Source: an uncultured Verrucomicrobiae bacterium (GTDB lineage: Bacteria; Verrucomicrobiota; Verrucomicrobiia; Chthoniobacterales; Chthoniobacteraceae). Taken from it: a stretch of DNA of 64,000 bases. The translations under genes were made by a program, and so were the position numbers. The stretch is from contig CAWIKF010000002.1 of NCBI GenBank assembly GCA_963836755.1, positions 1,792,001 to 1,856,000 on the forward strand, read 5' to 3'. The notes under the pieces are model-generated. The model did not search any database. It was not told the origin of the DNA and saw only the letters and a list, made by a program, of their open reading frames with translations. This document shows positions 42,072-52,242 of this stretch, in pieces (positions within the stretch are counted from its first letter, which is position 1; each line of letters begins with the position of its first letter).

Positions 42072-42923
42072 ATGAAACTGCCTGATTTTCTTTTTGCGGA
42101 CCCGATCGGTTTTTACGCACCTGGTCTAGCGGCCTGGATGATGCGCCATCAGCAGCTGGCGGAAAAAATGAACGTCGCGCTGATGACCGGCGAGAAGCAG
42201 CTTTCGATTTCCGATTTCGTGAATGCGCGTCGGCCGTATGCGGTGGATGGCAATGGTATCGCCACGATCCACGCAAACGAAGCGCTCAGCCGCACCGCTA
42301 CGAACGTGGACAAGCTCTTTGGCGATACGCATTACAATGATTTGATCGAGGAGCTCGACCAGGCCACGAGCGATGATCAGGTGAGGGGAATCCTGCTCGA
42401 TGTTTCGTCCCCAGGCGGCAGCGCGATCGGCGCTCCCGAGGCAGCGCAAGCGGTGCTCGATGCGCGGCAGGAAAAACCGATCGTCGCTTATGTCGAAACG
42501 GTGGGAGCTAGCGCCGCCTATTATTTCATGAGCGCGGCGAATGCGATTGTCGTGAGCCCTAGTTCAGTCGTCGGCTCGATCGGCACGATCGCCACATTCT
42601 TCAATCTCGCCGGCATGCTGCAGCGATTCGGCGTGGACGTGAAAATCATCACGCCGGCAGCCGCCGATTTGAAAGCGAGCGGAAATCCATTTCGCGAGAT
42701 GACGCGCGCGGAGGAGGATTTTTTGCAGCAGCGCATCGAGTCGATTAACGCAAGTTTTACAAATTGGGTATCGCAGAATCGCACAGCCGTTGGCGCGGAT
42801 GCGATGCGCGGCAATTACTTCAGCGGCACCGATGCCGTCTCGAACGGACTGGTCGATCAAACCGGCAGCCGGCAGGACGCGCTCGATGCGCTGGAAGCGC
42901 TGATCCAATACTCATCGCGTTGA
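42072..42923 (+). CDS. S49 peptidase (prohead protease, gpC-like)
   Basis: LLDVSSPGG, ASAAYY, GSIG. Confidence 0.9.
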   Translation: MKLPDFLFADPIGFYAPGLAAWMMRHQQLAEKMNVALMTGEKQLSISDFVNARRPYAVDGNGIATIHANEALSRTATNVDKLFGDTHYNDLIEELDQATSDDQVRGILLDVSSPGGSAIGAPEAAQAVLDARQEKPIVAYVETVGASAAYYFMSAANAIVVSPSSVVGSIGTIATFFNLAGMLQRFGVDVKIITPAAADLKASGNPFREMTRAEEDFLQQRIESINASFTNWVSQNRTAVGADAMRGNYFSGTDAVSNGLVDQTGSRQDALDALEALIQYSSR

Positions 42924-42939
42924 CAGCGCACGGCGGAAT

Positions 42940-43476
42940 ATGTTCCAGCGCCATTTTCAATGCGGCAATTCCTTTTCCCGTTTCTTTTTTGATTCCGAAA
43001 AGGGCGGCAAATCCGGTTCCCAAGCAGCTCCCACCGTCGCGGACCTCACGCAAAAGGTGACGGATCTGGAAGCGCAAAAAACGCGCCTCGAGGGTGAACT
43101 GCAAACCGCGAAGGACGCGACGGCTGCCGAGACTTTGAAGGTCACGAATCTCACGGCCGACAAAACGCGCCTCGAGGGTGAGCTGCAGACGGCGAAAGAC
43201 GCGACGGCTGCCGAGACCTTGAAAGTCACCGATCTCACTGCCGAAAAAACTCGGCTCGAAGGCGAACTCCAGACGTCCAAAGCGGCGAAGGATAAAGCGG
43301 AGGCCGATTTAAAAACGGCCGACGATCGCGCCGAGACCAAACTCTACGAAATCAGCGCGCGCAATGGCGGCACACTCCCGCCGAAGAAGGCCGGCGCCGG
43401 CGACCACACCCAGGACCAAACCAAGTCCGACGCGACCCCGCGTCAAAAGCTCGCCGGCATTTTCAAAGTCGCCTGA
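42940..43476 (+). CDS. scaffold-like coiled-coil protein with ~2.7 tandem 28-aa (84-bp) repeats
   Basis: KVTxLxAxKTRLEGELQTAKDATAAETL repeats; lies between protease and capsid genes. Confidence 0.7.
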   Translation: MFQRHFQCGNSFSRFFFDSEKGGKSGSQAAPTVADLTQKVTDLEAQKTRLEGELQTAKDATAAETLKVTNLTADKTRLEGELQTAKDATAAETLKVTDLTAEKTRLEGELQTSKAAKDKAEADLKTADDRAETKLYEISARNGGTLPPKKAGAGDHTQDQTKSDATPRQKLAGIFKVA

Positions 43477-43535
43477 TTTGACACCTCCGCGCTCACAAGA
43501 AATTCCGCTTCTAACAATTATTTAAACAAACGATT

Positions 43536-44537
43536 ATGGCTTCCGGCAAATACACACTCCTCGATCTCGCAGCACGTTCCGGCAAAGGCATCCACGCCCT
43601 CATGGAAGGCGTTCTCACCTACGCTCCCGAGCTAATGGTGATGCCGACTTTTCCCCGTGCCGGCATCGAATACTCGACGCTCACTCGCACCGAACTGCCA
43701 AGCGGCGATTTTCGCATGGTCGGCGGCGGCACGCCATTGAGCAAAAGCGCATGGAAGCGGGAAACCGGTTCGATGGCGCTCTTTGATGCACAGATGCAGG
43801 TGGCCGAGGACATCGTTGTCGCTGCACGGTCGCAAGACCCGGAACTCATCACTGAGGACATTCTCGCTGACGAAGCGATCAGCTACGTCAAAGGATCCGC
43901 GAATCGCATTGGCAGCCAGGCATGGTATGGCAAGGCGATTTCCAACAACGGTTTTGCCGGACTTTCGACCCAGGTCGATACCGCGAACAACGAGGTCAAC
44001 GCTGGCGGCAGCGCAACTGCTGACTCGAGCTCAGCTTATCTCGTTTTTCTTGATGACAACGCGGTGAATCCGCAGGGCGTCCATTTCCTTCTCGGCAACG
44101 GCGGCCGCATGACGATGGGCGATATGTGGGGCAAGCAGCAGGTGAAAGTGGCAAATTCGAATCCAGAAGCCTACTTCACCGCTTTCACGAATAATTTCCT
44201 CGCGTATCTCGGCTTCTGTGTGGCGCGGCCGCAGGCGGTCTATCGCGTGAAAAATATCACTGCCGCGTTTCCGTTCACTGACGGGTTGGCGGCCCAGCTC
44301 TGGGCGAAAGTGCCGATCGTTCTGCGCCAGGACAAGAGCAAGTGGATGTGGTTCATGAACAGCATTCCGCAACTCACGCTGCAAGCCAGCCGTGCGACAG
44401 TCAACGTCGCGACAGACGGCAAAAAAGGTGTCAGCGGCTCGGGTGTGTATCCCGATCTTCCGGATAGCTGCCTCGGCATTCCGATCCAGCTCACCGATTC
44501 GCTGCTTTCGACCGAGCGCGCCGGCCTGCATCAGTAA
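43536..44537 (+). CDS. major capsid protein
   Basis: 333 aa, position, TLLDLA N-terminus, GIPIQLTDSLLSTE C-terminus. Confidence 0.85.
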   Translation: MASGKYTLLDLAARSGKGIHALMEGVLTYAPELMVMPTFPRAGIEYSTLTRTELPSGDFRMVGGGTPLSKSAWKRETGSMALFDAQMQVAEDIVVAARSQDPELITEDILADEAISYVKGSANRIGSQAWYGKAISNNGFAGLSTQVDTANNEVNAGGSATADSSSAYLVFLDDNAVNPQGVHFLLGNGGRMTMGDMWGKQQVKVANSNPEAYFTAFTNNFLAYLGFCVARPQAVYRVKNITAAFPFTDGLAAQLWAKVPIVLRQDKSKWMWFMNSIPQLTLQASRATVNVATDGKKGVSGSGVYPDLPDSCLGIPIQLTDSLLSTERAGLHQ

Positions 44538-44589
44538 GCGTGCGTCTCTCACAAATGCGTCTCTCACAAAGTTAAACAATCGTAAAATT

Positions 44590-45222
44590 ATGAAATTCAA
44601 ATCTCTCATCCTGACTGCGGCGGTCCTCGGCATCACCGTGTTCACTCACGCCGCGACCGCGGTCGAGAAAGTCCAAGCCGTCGAAAAAACGGGCGCGTTC
44701 TCCAAGGGAATTTCCGAGGGCCTTGCGCATCCGGATCTTCCTCAGCTCCGCTCGACTTCTTCGTGCGATGTGGTGACTCACTGGTTGCTGCTTTTCAGCG
44801 CGCCATTCTGCATCGGCATGTTGAACGTGCGCACACTTCAGGATTTGAATTTGCAGGTTACGACCGCTTTGCCGGCCGCGAATGCAAACAACAATTCCGC
44901 GAGCATCGACACGGCCGAGGTCAATCCTGGTCGAGTGCCTGGCGTGGAGCTGCTCATGAGCATGCCCGCGACGCCGAGCCTGGTCGACGCGAAGACGATC
45001 ACGCTCACGCTTCAGGACTCAGCCGATAACGCGACGTTTAACAATGTTGTGGACGTTCCCGCACAGGTCGTCACCGGCGCCGGTGGAGTAGGCGCTGCTG
45101 CGCTCAGCTACCAGTTCAAGCTTCCGATCGGGCTGCGCCGTTACGTGCGCCTGAATGCGGCCGTGCTCGCTGCAGGCGGCGACAACACCGCGATCAGCAC
45201 CACGCTGGCTTTCGTTTTTTAA
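44590..45222 (+). CDS. capsid cement/decoration-like protein with a hydrophobic N-terminal leader
   Basis: Follows the MCP; C-terminal beta-rich domain (TLQDSADNATF…RRYVRL). Confidence 0.6.
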   Translation: MKFKSLILTAAVLGITVFTHAATAVEKVQAVEKTGAFSKGISEGLAHPDLPQLRSTSSCDVVTHWLLLFSAPFCIGMLNVRTLQDLNLQVTTALPAANANNNSASIDTAEVNPGRVPGVELLMSMPATPSLVDAKTITLTLQDSADNATFNNVVDVPAQVVTGAGGVGAAALSYQFKLPIGLRRYVRLNAAVLAAGGDNTAISTTLAFVF

Positions 45223-45284
45223 AAAGAGTCCCCGCGACTCTGTGCGTGCACCGAGCCGGGGAGACCACTTTCTTGCATGGTTGG

Positions 45285-45324
45285 GAAAGGCCGCTAGCCG
45301 AAAGGCAGCGGCCTTTCTTTTTTT
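45285..45324 (+). terminator. Rho-independent terminator
   Basis: GAAAGGCCGCT…AGCGGCCTTTC stem followed by T7. Confidence 0.85.
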
Positions 45325-45341
45325 GACAAACGAGCAGGCGC

Positions 45342-45949
45342 ATGGACCTCAACAACGTCGCCCGCAAAGCCGCTTCCCTCGATGCAGCCATCAAGCTCAA
45401 TACGAAGGAGCTCGCGAAGCTTAAGAAACAACTCATTGCCGGAGGCGAAGCGGATTATGGCTGCGTCCAGGTCATTTTTCCCGCGCCCTCGATCAAACCG
45501 GCCGATGAAGTAATCGACGAGCTGAAGGAGAATCTGCCGCGCGAGCAATTCATAAAACTTTTTGAAACCGTCACCGTCTTCAAGCCCGTGAAAGCGTTTC
45601 GCGAAGTGCTGGCCGCGATCTGTGCGCCGAAAGTTTGCCGGACCGTGCTGGCGCAAGTGCAGTGCGAGAGCACGCCGCGCGTGGTCTTTAAATGATCATT
45701 CTCGTGTCCGATCCGCTCGTTGCCGAATCGCTGCGCGCGAAGCTCGAGCTGCTCGAGCAAAAGCGCTCTGAAGCGCGTCGCGCATTGAACCGCTACGCAC
45801 CACTCCTGCGCCGGAGCGAGCAACACGAGGAGTTCAACGCAAAATTTGCGCGCGACCTGGTGGACGCGCAGCTCGATTACGAGCAGGCGATGGTTGAACT
45901 CGACGCCGTGCTGAATGCCGTCGGCTGGGAGGCCGCGCACGCACAATGA
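45342..45949 (+). other. two hypothetical CDSs (45342-45695, 45692-45949)
   Basis: ATGA-coupled ORFs. Confidence 0.65.
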
Positions 45950-46263
45950 GCAGACTCGGCGACGGCACGCTTGCCGTGTTTAACAGAATGCTAGAATTGG
46001 GGCAGGGGACGGAGCTGCAGTTCAACGGCCTGTGCGCTCAGTGCGTGGCCAGCGGGTTCAAGACGACGCGCAAGGCAAAGTCGGCCGGCCGCGAGATCGA
46101 TTACGGAAATCCGTCGCTGATTTTGTTGGAGAGCGAGCGAAAGCGCCTCTGCATCGAGGATCACGTGAAGGTTAAAGTTTACGACCTTCAGCTGAAAGTC
46201 ATCGAGATCGATTCCCATCCCGCCAGTCCGCTCACGAAGCTGCACCTTCAATACCAACCATAG
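45946..46263 (+). CDS. head-tail adaptor-like protein
   Basis: Size, position and beta-rich pattern. Confidence 0.5.
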   Translation: MSRLGDGTLAVFNRMLELGQGTELQFNGLCAQCVASGFKTTRKAKSAGREIDYGNPSLILLESERKRLCIEDHVKVKVYDLQLKVIEIDSHPASPLTKLHLQYQP

Positions 46264-46266
46264 CCC

Positions 46267-46770
46267 ATGGCAACTCGTCCCGCTCCCAGCATTGAAAGCC
46301 TGCTCGCTTACGAAACCGCAATCGAAGACGCATGGCAATCAATCCAGAAAAACGCCGGCATCGATGCGCGCGTGGAATTTAGCGACGCGCCCATTGTAAC
46401 ACCGCGCTCGGACATCAATCTTTTCAACGTCGTGCCGAACGACGGGAACGGGAACGAGCACTACAAGACTTTCCCCGATGGACGGATGTTATACGATGTG
46501 TTCTCCGGCATCCTGGTCTCGAAGATCGTGACCACGCGCGGCGAAAATTCCAGCCAGCACAATGCGATGCTCGGCCGCGTGAGGCTCTGCGCTTTCAATT
46601 TTCGGAAATTGTTCACTGCCGCGAATCTCCCTTTCCACACGGTGCGGAACATGAAAGAGGAGCAAAAAATCAGCGTGACGGATTCGGACCGGGACTTGGA
46701 CTTGAGCGAGCTGCATCATCGGATTGTTTTCTCGATCGACGAGAACGCCTGGCCCGCGCTGCTTCCTTAG
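46267..46770 (+). CDS. tail terminator-like protein
   Basis: Position before the tail tube candidate. Confidence 0.45.
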   Translation: MATRPAPSIESLLAYETAIEDAWQSIQKNAGIDARVEFSDAPIVTPRSDINLFNVVPNDGNGNEHYKTFPDGRMLYDVFSGILVSKIVTTRGENSSQHNAMLGRVRLCAFNFRKLFTAANLPFHTVRNMKEEQKISVTDSDRDLDLSELHHRIVFSIDENAWPALLP

Positions 46771-46801
46771 CGGCGATGCGTTGACAAGGCGGCGGGTCTT
46801 T

Positions 46802-46999
46802 ATGGCGAACGTTGAACTCTCCAATATCCATGCTCGCCTCACGCGCGAGGTAAAACAGCTCGACAGCGAGATCGCGGCGCTCACGACGCAGCGCACCGAA
46901 AAGGCCGCTGCGGCGGAGGCTCTCAAGGATCACGCAGCGCCAGCCGCCACGCCCGCGCCGTCTGCCGCGCCCGCGCCGGCCACAACCGACAAAAAGTAA
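46802..46999 (+). CDS. small coiled-coil protein
   Basis: ATG 15 nt after TTGACA. Confidence 0.6.
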   Translation: MANVELSNIHARLTREVKQLDSEIAALTTQRTEKAAAAEALKDHAAPAATPAPSAAPAPATTDKK

Positions 47000-47004
47000 T
47001 CTCC

Positions 47005-47550
47005 ATGAAAACACTCCTTCGCATTTTCATCGCATTTCTTTTGCCGCTGGCGCTGTTCGCACTCTGCGCCGGCTCGCTGCAGCCGCAGGCTTACAAAATC
47101 GCTGCTTTGCTGCTCATGGCCTGGTTCGTGGTTTTGCTCGCACCGAAGTTTTTCGGACTCCGTTTTCTCGCCGGCATCCTCGGCACCGATCCTGCCGGCA
47201 CGCTGCTCGACAACGTCGCGCAATACGGTTCGCAGACGGTGACCTACAGCTCGAAAGTTTACGTGGTGGAAAAATTCACGCCGAAACGCAGCACTGCGCG
47301 CGTTGTGCAAAAAAACCAATTCGGCGTGCCGAGCGGCAAAACGCTGACGAAGGATCTTGAGACAGCGACCGTGACGGTGCAGCTGCCGGATTCCTCGGCG
47401 GTGGCGTGGCCACTCTTCGCGGAAATCTCGCTCGTGCCGGAAGGCGGCGGCAGCGCGAAGGTTTTCCACGTGGAGGAAAACAGCCCTCTGTTCGAGCAAA
47501 ACGGCATCACGAAATTCACCGCGAACCTGAGCGAGAAGCTCGGCTCGTAA
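47005..47550 (+). CDS. tail tube-like protein with two N-terminal hydrophobic helices
   Basis: Position upstream of the chaperone and tape measure genes; beta-rich C-terminal ~120 aa. Confidence 0.5.
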   Translation: MKTLLRIFIAFLLPLALFALCAGSLQPQAYKIAALLLMAWFVVLLAPKFFGLRFLAGILGTDPAGTLLDNVAQYGSQTVTYSSKVYVVEKFTPKRSTARVVQKNQFGVPSGKTLTKDLETATVTVQLPDSSAVAWPLFAEISLVPEGGGSAKVFHVEENSPLFEQNGITKFTANLSEKLGS

Positions 47551-47578
47551 AAGCGCGCCCTTTGGCGCTTCACGCCAA

Positions 47579-48253
47579 ATGGAGCTCGCAAAAATCCCCG
47601 GTTACAACGAAGCGATCGCGGATGCCGCTGCCGAGGAAATGCGGTTGCGCGACCGCGCATTTCTCGACTTGCCGGAGCAGATCTGCGGCATCCAGGTGCG
47701 GCCGCTGACGCCACGCCTCTGCGGAATTCTTTTTTCCATCAAGAACCCGCTGCTTTGCGGTGGCAAGTGGAACCCGGTTTCCGAAAGCGAACAAATCCTG
47801 ATGTTCCTCTGGGTCGTGAGTCCTCGGTTTTCGCGATCTGACGATGCGGCTCGCATCGCCTTCATTGCTGAGCATTCGCTGCAATTGAAACTCCCCGACG
47901 CGCTGAATGAGACCTATGCTTTTCTCGACCGCATGCTTTTCGACGCGCCGCCTGGTGCGCGGCAAAAAAACGCCGTCGTCAATACGAGCTGGATCGCGTC
48001 GCTCAATCATCGCATCGCGGAAAAATACGGCTGGCAGGATGAAGTCCTCGATGCGCACGGCGAGCCGGTGATCGGCGCCGGCATCATGGACAAACCGCTA
48101 CCGCGGCTGTTCCAATATCTGCGCGAGATCCAGGCCGATGGCGGTAGCATGCCGGCGTTCAACCCGCTCCAGGACAAGGCGACTCAGCGCATCGTGCGTG
48201 AGTGGCATGCCGCGGAAATGGCGAAAAAAGAGGAGGACGCGCCGTGCAACTGA
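47579..48253 (+). CDS. tail assembly chaperone-like protein
   Basis: Position; IAEKYGW…IMDKPLPRLFQY pattern. Confidence 0.55.
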   Translation: MELAKIPGYNEAIADAAAEEMRLRDRAFLDLPEQICGIQVRPLTPRLCGILFSIKNPLLCGGKWNPVSESEQILMFLWVVSPRFSRSDDAARIAFIAEHSLQLKLPDALNETYAFLDRMLFDAPPGARQKNAVVNTSWIASLNHRIAEKYGWQDEVLDAHGEPVIGAGIMDKPLPRLFQYLREIQADGGSMPAFNPLQDKATQRIVREWHAAEMAKKEEDAPCN

Positions 48254-49095
48254 ACGTCCGCACTGAGTTTTCACAGCTGCGTCAAAAAATGATCGCGCTG
48301 CGCGTAGGCGTGCAAAAAAGCATCCCGGAATTGCTTCTGCAGGAAGGGCGCCTGGCCGCGATCTCGATGTCGAAAAGCACGGTTCCGTATGGCACCGGCA
48401 TCGACGCGAAGACGCAAGGCGAGGTCGCCGTTCGCGTCGACATTTTCAAGGTCTATTGGACGCCCGGGATGGTCTTCAAAGTCATCGCCGCGAACAGCGG
48501 GCTTTATAGCGAAGCGGACGCTTTCATCGCCGCGTGCGAGGGAGCGGCCGCGCGTGGACGTGGCAAAAAGAAAGGCAAATCACGCCAGGATTCTCTGGCG
48601 GTCGCCACAGGAATCCTGAAGCGCTGGGGAGGTCCGCTGCGCAATGTGCCGCTGCGCAATTTCGACAATGGAGACGCGCATCGAAATGCGCGCAATTCGC
48701 GCGGCCGTGTGACACAGCGCACTCCTTCTATGATCGTGCTCGATCCGGACAAGTTGAAAGACTACATCGCGCGCGAGCAGGCGCAGGTTGGCTTTGGCAA
48801 AAGCGCGTGGGCTGAGGCCGCGCAACGGCTCGGCGGCACCCGCGGGCTTCGCGGAAAAGGCGACATCACCGCAAACTGGATCTTGCGCCATCATGCGCCG
48901 TCGATCGTCAGCACGTCGCGGCTTTCGGATCCTGACCACCCATCACTGACGATCGGGAGCAACGTCCGCTACGCAGCCCAGATTCTCCAGCCCGGCGCGA
49001 AGAACGAAGCGGTGCGAATCGCGAAAGAACGGTTGTTAAAACAAATCAAAAGCGCCGCACGCGCGGAGGCTCGGCGCCTCAAGATGGCCGCGTAA
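48244..49095 (+). CDS. basic neck/tail-completion-like protein
   Basis: Arg/Lys-rich; VGFGKSAW; position. Confidence 0.55.
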   Translation: MQLNVRTEFSQLRQKMIALRVGVQKSIPELLLQEGRLAAISMSKSTVPYGTGIDAKTQGEVAVRVDIFKVYWTPGMVFKVIAANSGLYSEADAFIAACEGAAARGRGKKKGKSRQDSLAVATGILKRWGGPLRNVPLRNFDNGDAHRNARNSRGRVTQRTPSMIVLDPDKLKDYIAREQAQVGFGKSAWAEAAQRLGGTRGLRGKGDITANWILRHHAPSIVSTSRLSDPDHPSLTIGSNVRYAAQILQPGAKNEAVRIAKERLLKQIKSAARAEARRLKMAA

Positions 49096-49099
49096 AACC

Positions 49100-51025
49100 A
49101 TGGACGACGCGACGATCATAATTGGCGGTAACGCGGAAAGTTTTCGCACAGAGATGGCGAGGGCTGTGCAGGACGCTGAGCACGGCTTCCGCAGAATGCA
49201 CGGCACGGCCGGAGAGGCGAATGAGAAGATGCTCGTCAGCTCTCACCGAGTCGCCCACCAAATCAGCACTGTCGCCGGCGAATTAATTCGCGGCGGAGGC
49301 GCGGCCGATGTCTTTGCAGCTGGGCTCGAGGGCGTGGAGCGCAGTTTGCATCTGCCACTCGGCGCATTGGCCGGTCTCGGTATCGCCGCCATTTTTGCGG
49401 AGCAGATGGGCAAGGCTCGCGAAGAAGTGCAAAAGCTCGCTGACGAGCTGCACAACCTTTCAACCGACGCCTCCGAAAGTCCGCGTTTCAAATCGCTCGA
49501 GGACATGAATCGCGGTCTCGAGGAGATGAAAAAGAAAATCGAGGAGCTGCGCACCCAGGACAATTTTTTCAAAAACCCAAACGTTTGGCTCTACGAGCAT
49601 ATCGCCGAGGGTGCCGGCAACGCAAAGGCGCGGCGTGAGCAGGAATTGCAGGAAGCGAGAGAAGGACAATCGGACCTGCTGAAGGGCGTCGTCGATAGAA
49701 CGAACGAAGGCGCGGGCGAAAGCGAAGCGAAAAACCGGCTTGGGGATTTCGCGGCAGAACGCGCGAAGCTCGAGCGTGAGTTTGACGAGACCAAGGCAAA
49801 GCGCCTGGCTGCTGTTGGCCCACAGGATGATGCAAAAGACCTGATCGATGCGATGAACCGGCAACACGCGGCCGACATCGAAGCGTTAAACGAACGCGAA
49901 TCAGCGGCGAAGCGCGCAGTCGCGCTCGAGGAGAATATTGTCGCCATCAAAACCAAGGGACGCGACGTCGAGGTCGAGGTGGCCGAGGCGAGACTGAAGG
50001 CCGCAAACGATGAGGCGAATGTTGCGCCCGATGAGAAAAAAGCGGAAGCCACTGCGAAGATCCATGCGGCGGAACTCGAGCTGGAAAATGCACGTCGCTC
50101 CACTGCCGAAAAACGAAAGCAACTCGGCATTGAAACCGAGGTGGCGTCCCTGGTCGGAAGTGAAACCGCGAAGCGCATGCGCGCGAATGAACTCGAGCGC
50201 GAGGAGCTGGAGCGCCGTGCGAGCTTGGCGCGACCCGATGAGCAGTCGGCGATCTCGCGAGACCTTGCGCGCAATCGTGCCGAGGCGCGGACGCTGGAAA
50301 ATTCCGGCTACGATGAATTCGCGCAACAGCGGCGCGCTGAGATCGAATCGAACACCGCAGGCGGCACAATTGAGGACCAGCGCAAACGGCTGAAGGATTT
50401 GATCGCCCTTACCAATCAGCAGATAAATCAAAACACCGGAAGCGGCCGCCCCGATGAAGTGCAGTGCGCGTGGGATCTCGATGCCGCGCTTGCCGCGCAG
50501 AACCATCAGCTCGACGAAATCAATTACGCTTACCAGAAGCAGCTCGAAGCAGCTTCTTCGCAAACGGATGTTTTGGAACTGCAGCTCGACGGCCGCAGCT
50601 CGCTCGCGGAAATGGCGCGCACGTGCGCGGAGTATGACGAGCGAATTGCGCAGGCTTTGCACGAAGGAAAAAACGAGCTTGCCGATCAGCTCGAAAAACA
50701 AAAGCAGCTCAATCTCGAAAAGCAGGCGACGGCGAATTTTCTGAAAACGCCTGCGCAGCGTCGCGCGCAACGCGAGCAGGACCGGACGGAGCGGCGCGCT
50801 CATCACACCGTGGAAGCGCGCTGGGCAGACGAAGACGATCGGGTGAAGCGCGGCGTGAAGCTCGATGCGCGTCAGCAAAAGGAATACGACATGCGCCACG
50901 GTTTCAACGTGGGCGACAAGGCGCATCAGCCAGGCTCATCGACGAGCGTCGAGACTTTTCACGCGACGACTTTGAAGGTCGATAACTTCGTGGTGCCTGG
51001 CGAGAAAAACGGGGGAGGGAGGTAA
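49100..51025 (+). CDS. tape measure protein (641 aa)
   Basis: Helical Ala/Glu/Arg-rich composition, hydrophobic patch, position. Confidence 0.75.
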   Translation: MDDATIIIGGNAESFRTEMARAVQDAEHGFRRMHGTAGEANEKMLVSSHRVAHQISTVAGELIRGGGAADVFAAGLEGVERSLHLPLGALAGLGIAAIFAEQMGKAREEVQKLADELHNLSTDASESPRFKSLEDMNRGLEEMKKKIEELRTQDNFFKNPNVWLYEHIAEGAGNAKARREQELQEAREGQSDLLKGVVDRTNEGAGESEAKNRLGDFAAERAKLEREFDETKAKRLAAVGPQDDAKDLIDAMNRQHAADIEALNERESAAKRAVALEENIVAIKTKGRDVEVEVAEARLKAANDEANVAPDEKKAEATAKIHAAELELENARRSTAEKRKQLGIETEVASLVGSETAKRMRANELEREELERRASLARPDEQSAISRDLARNRAEARTLENSGYDEFAQQRRAEIESNTAGGTIEDQRKRLKDLIALTNQQINQNTGSGRPDEVQCAWDLDAALAAQNHQLDEINYAYQKQLEAASSQTDVLELQLDGRSSLAEMARTCAEYDERIAQALHEGKNELADQLEKQKQLNLEKQATANFLKTPAQRRAQREQDRTERRAHHTVEARWADEDDRVKRGVKLDARQQKEYDMRHGFNVGDKAHQPGSSTSVETFHATTLKVDNFVVPGEKNGGGR

Positions 51026-51028
51026 GCG

Positions 51029-51655
51029 ATGTCCTTTATTCCATACCCGAATGTCCTTTGGGACGAACCGGATAATTTCAAGATCGCGAAGCCGTGCAGT
51101 GATGTCCTGGTTGAAAGGCCGTTTGAAAAATTCGGCGACACAAAAACACGGCTGTATAAACAAAAGTATTCGCAGGCGCGCACGAGCTTTGCGCCTCTGA
51201 CGATTGATTCGGGCGGCCCGATCGGCGGCAAGCTGGTGGATGAAACGGTCTGGGAGGACAAGGGCGCCGGCATCGGAGAATGGTGGCGCGTCTTCGCGGA
51301 TCTCCCGCAGTCGCATGACGAACCCGAGAGCTACGTCTATAACATGCAAAACATCGTCATCCAGGATGGAAGCGCGTCGCTTGCTGAAGTGGCGAAAATC
51401 GTCACGTCGCGCGTGCAGTGCGATTATTTTTGGGCTCCCCGCGGCATCTCGACGATCCCGATCATTTACGCGCTGAAGCTCGTGGAGCTCGGCGGAGTGG
51501 TCTACGCGACGCCGGACGCTTCTTACTATCCGCTAAAGCCGAATAGCAACGGTGAAGTGGTTGCGGAGGACAGCACAATCAAACGCTGGATTGGTAACTA
51601 CTACGAACGGCGCACGCGCTTCGTTCAATTCGCGACTATCGCGCAAATTCCGTGA
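51029..51655 (+). CDS. tail tip protein
   Basis: Follows the tape measure gene. Confidence 0.6.
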   Translation: MSFIPYPNVLWDEPDNFKIAKPCSDVLVERPFEKFGDTKTRLYKQKYSQARTSFAPLTIDSGGPIGGKLVDETVWEDKGAGIGEWWRVFADLPQSHDEPESYVYNMQNIVIQDGSASLAEVAKIVTSRVQCDYFWAPRGISTIPIIYALKLVELGGVVYATPDASYYPLKPNSNGEVVAEDSTIKRWIGNYYERRTRFVQFATIAQIP

Positions 51656-52242
51656 AGAAGATCGACGAGCCAAAGGCAGGGCAGCCGGTGGCGATGCTTT
51701 ACCTTACCGTGGTGCAGTTGGTGAGGTTCGCGAACGCGCTGCTGAATCTCGTCGTTATCCAAACCGCTGGCGCCGGCTCGTTGCTTGTCTCTGATGCAAA
51801 CGCGACACTCATGGTCCCGCCAGGCGGAACGGCCGCGGCGAAATTGCCGTTTCAAATCGTTCCCGCAAACAACGCGACGCATCCGGGCCGCGTGATGATC
51901 GTGCCGAGCAATCTCGCCAGCGCCGCGCCAGATGGCTTTGGAACGGATCCGTTTTACCTGACGTGCGTCGATGGCGATCAAATCTACGGAAAGGTCGCTT
52001 ACTCCACGACCGGCAACACGATCGGCGCCGTGACCAGCCGCACGATCGCGAATGCGGGAACCGTTCCGGACGACGATATTTCCGCCGCGATTTTTTACTA
52101 CTCGATCGGCAACGTCGCCATCGATGCGAAAGGAAACATCAAGGCTACAAACCTTGCATACGGGCCGATCGATTGCGTGGCTACACGCCGCTGGTTCTCG
52201 AATCCGATCACGTATTTAATTGCGTGGAATGCTGCCACCTGA
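51652..52242 (+). CDS. tail protein
   Basis: GTGA-coupled; beta-rich. Confidence 0.55.
   Translation: MKKIDEPKAGQPVAMLYLTVVQLVRFANALLNLVVIQTAGAGSLLVSDANATLMVPPGGTAAAKLPFQIVPANNATHPGRVMIVPSNLASAAPDGFGTDPFYLTCVDGDQIYGKVAYSTTGNTIGAVTSRTIANAGTVPDDDISAAIFYYSIGNVAIDAKGNIKATNLAYGPIDCVATRRWFSNPITYLIAWNAAT

Noticed and set aside
47579..48253. Programmed -1 frameshift of the tail chaperone
   Set aside because: No convincing slippery site with an overlapping downstream frame was found by eye.
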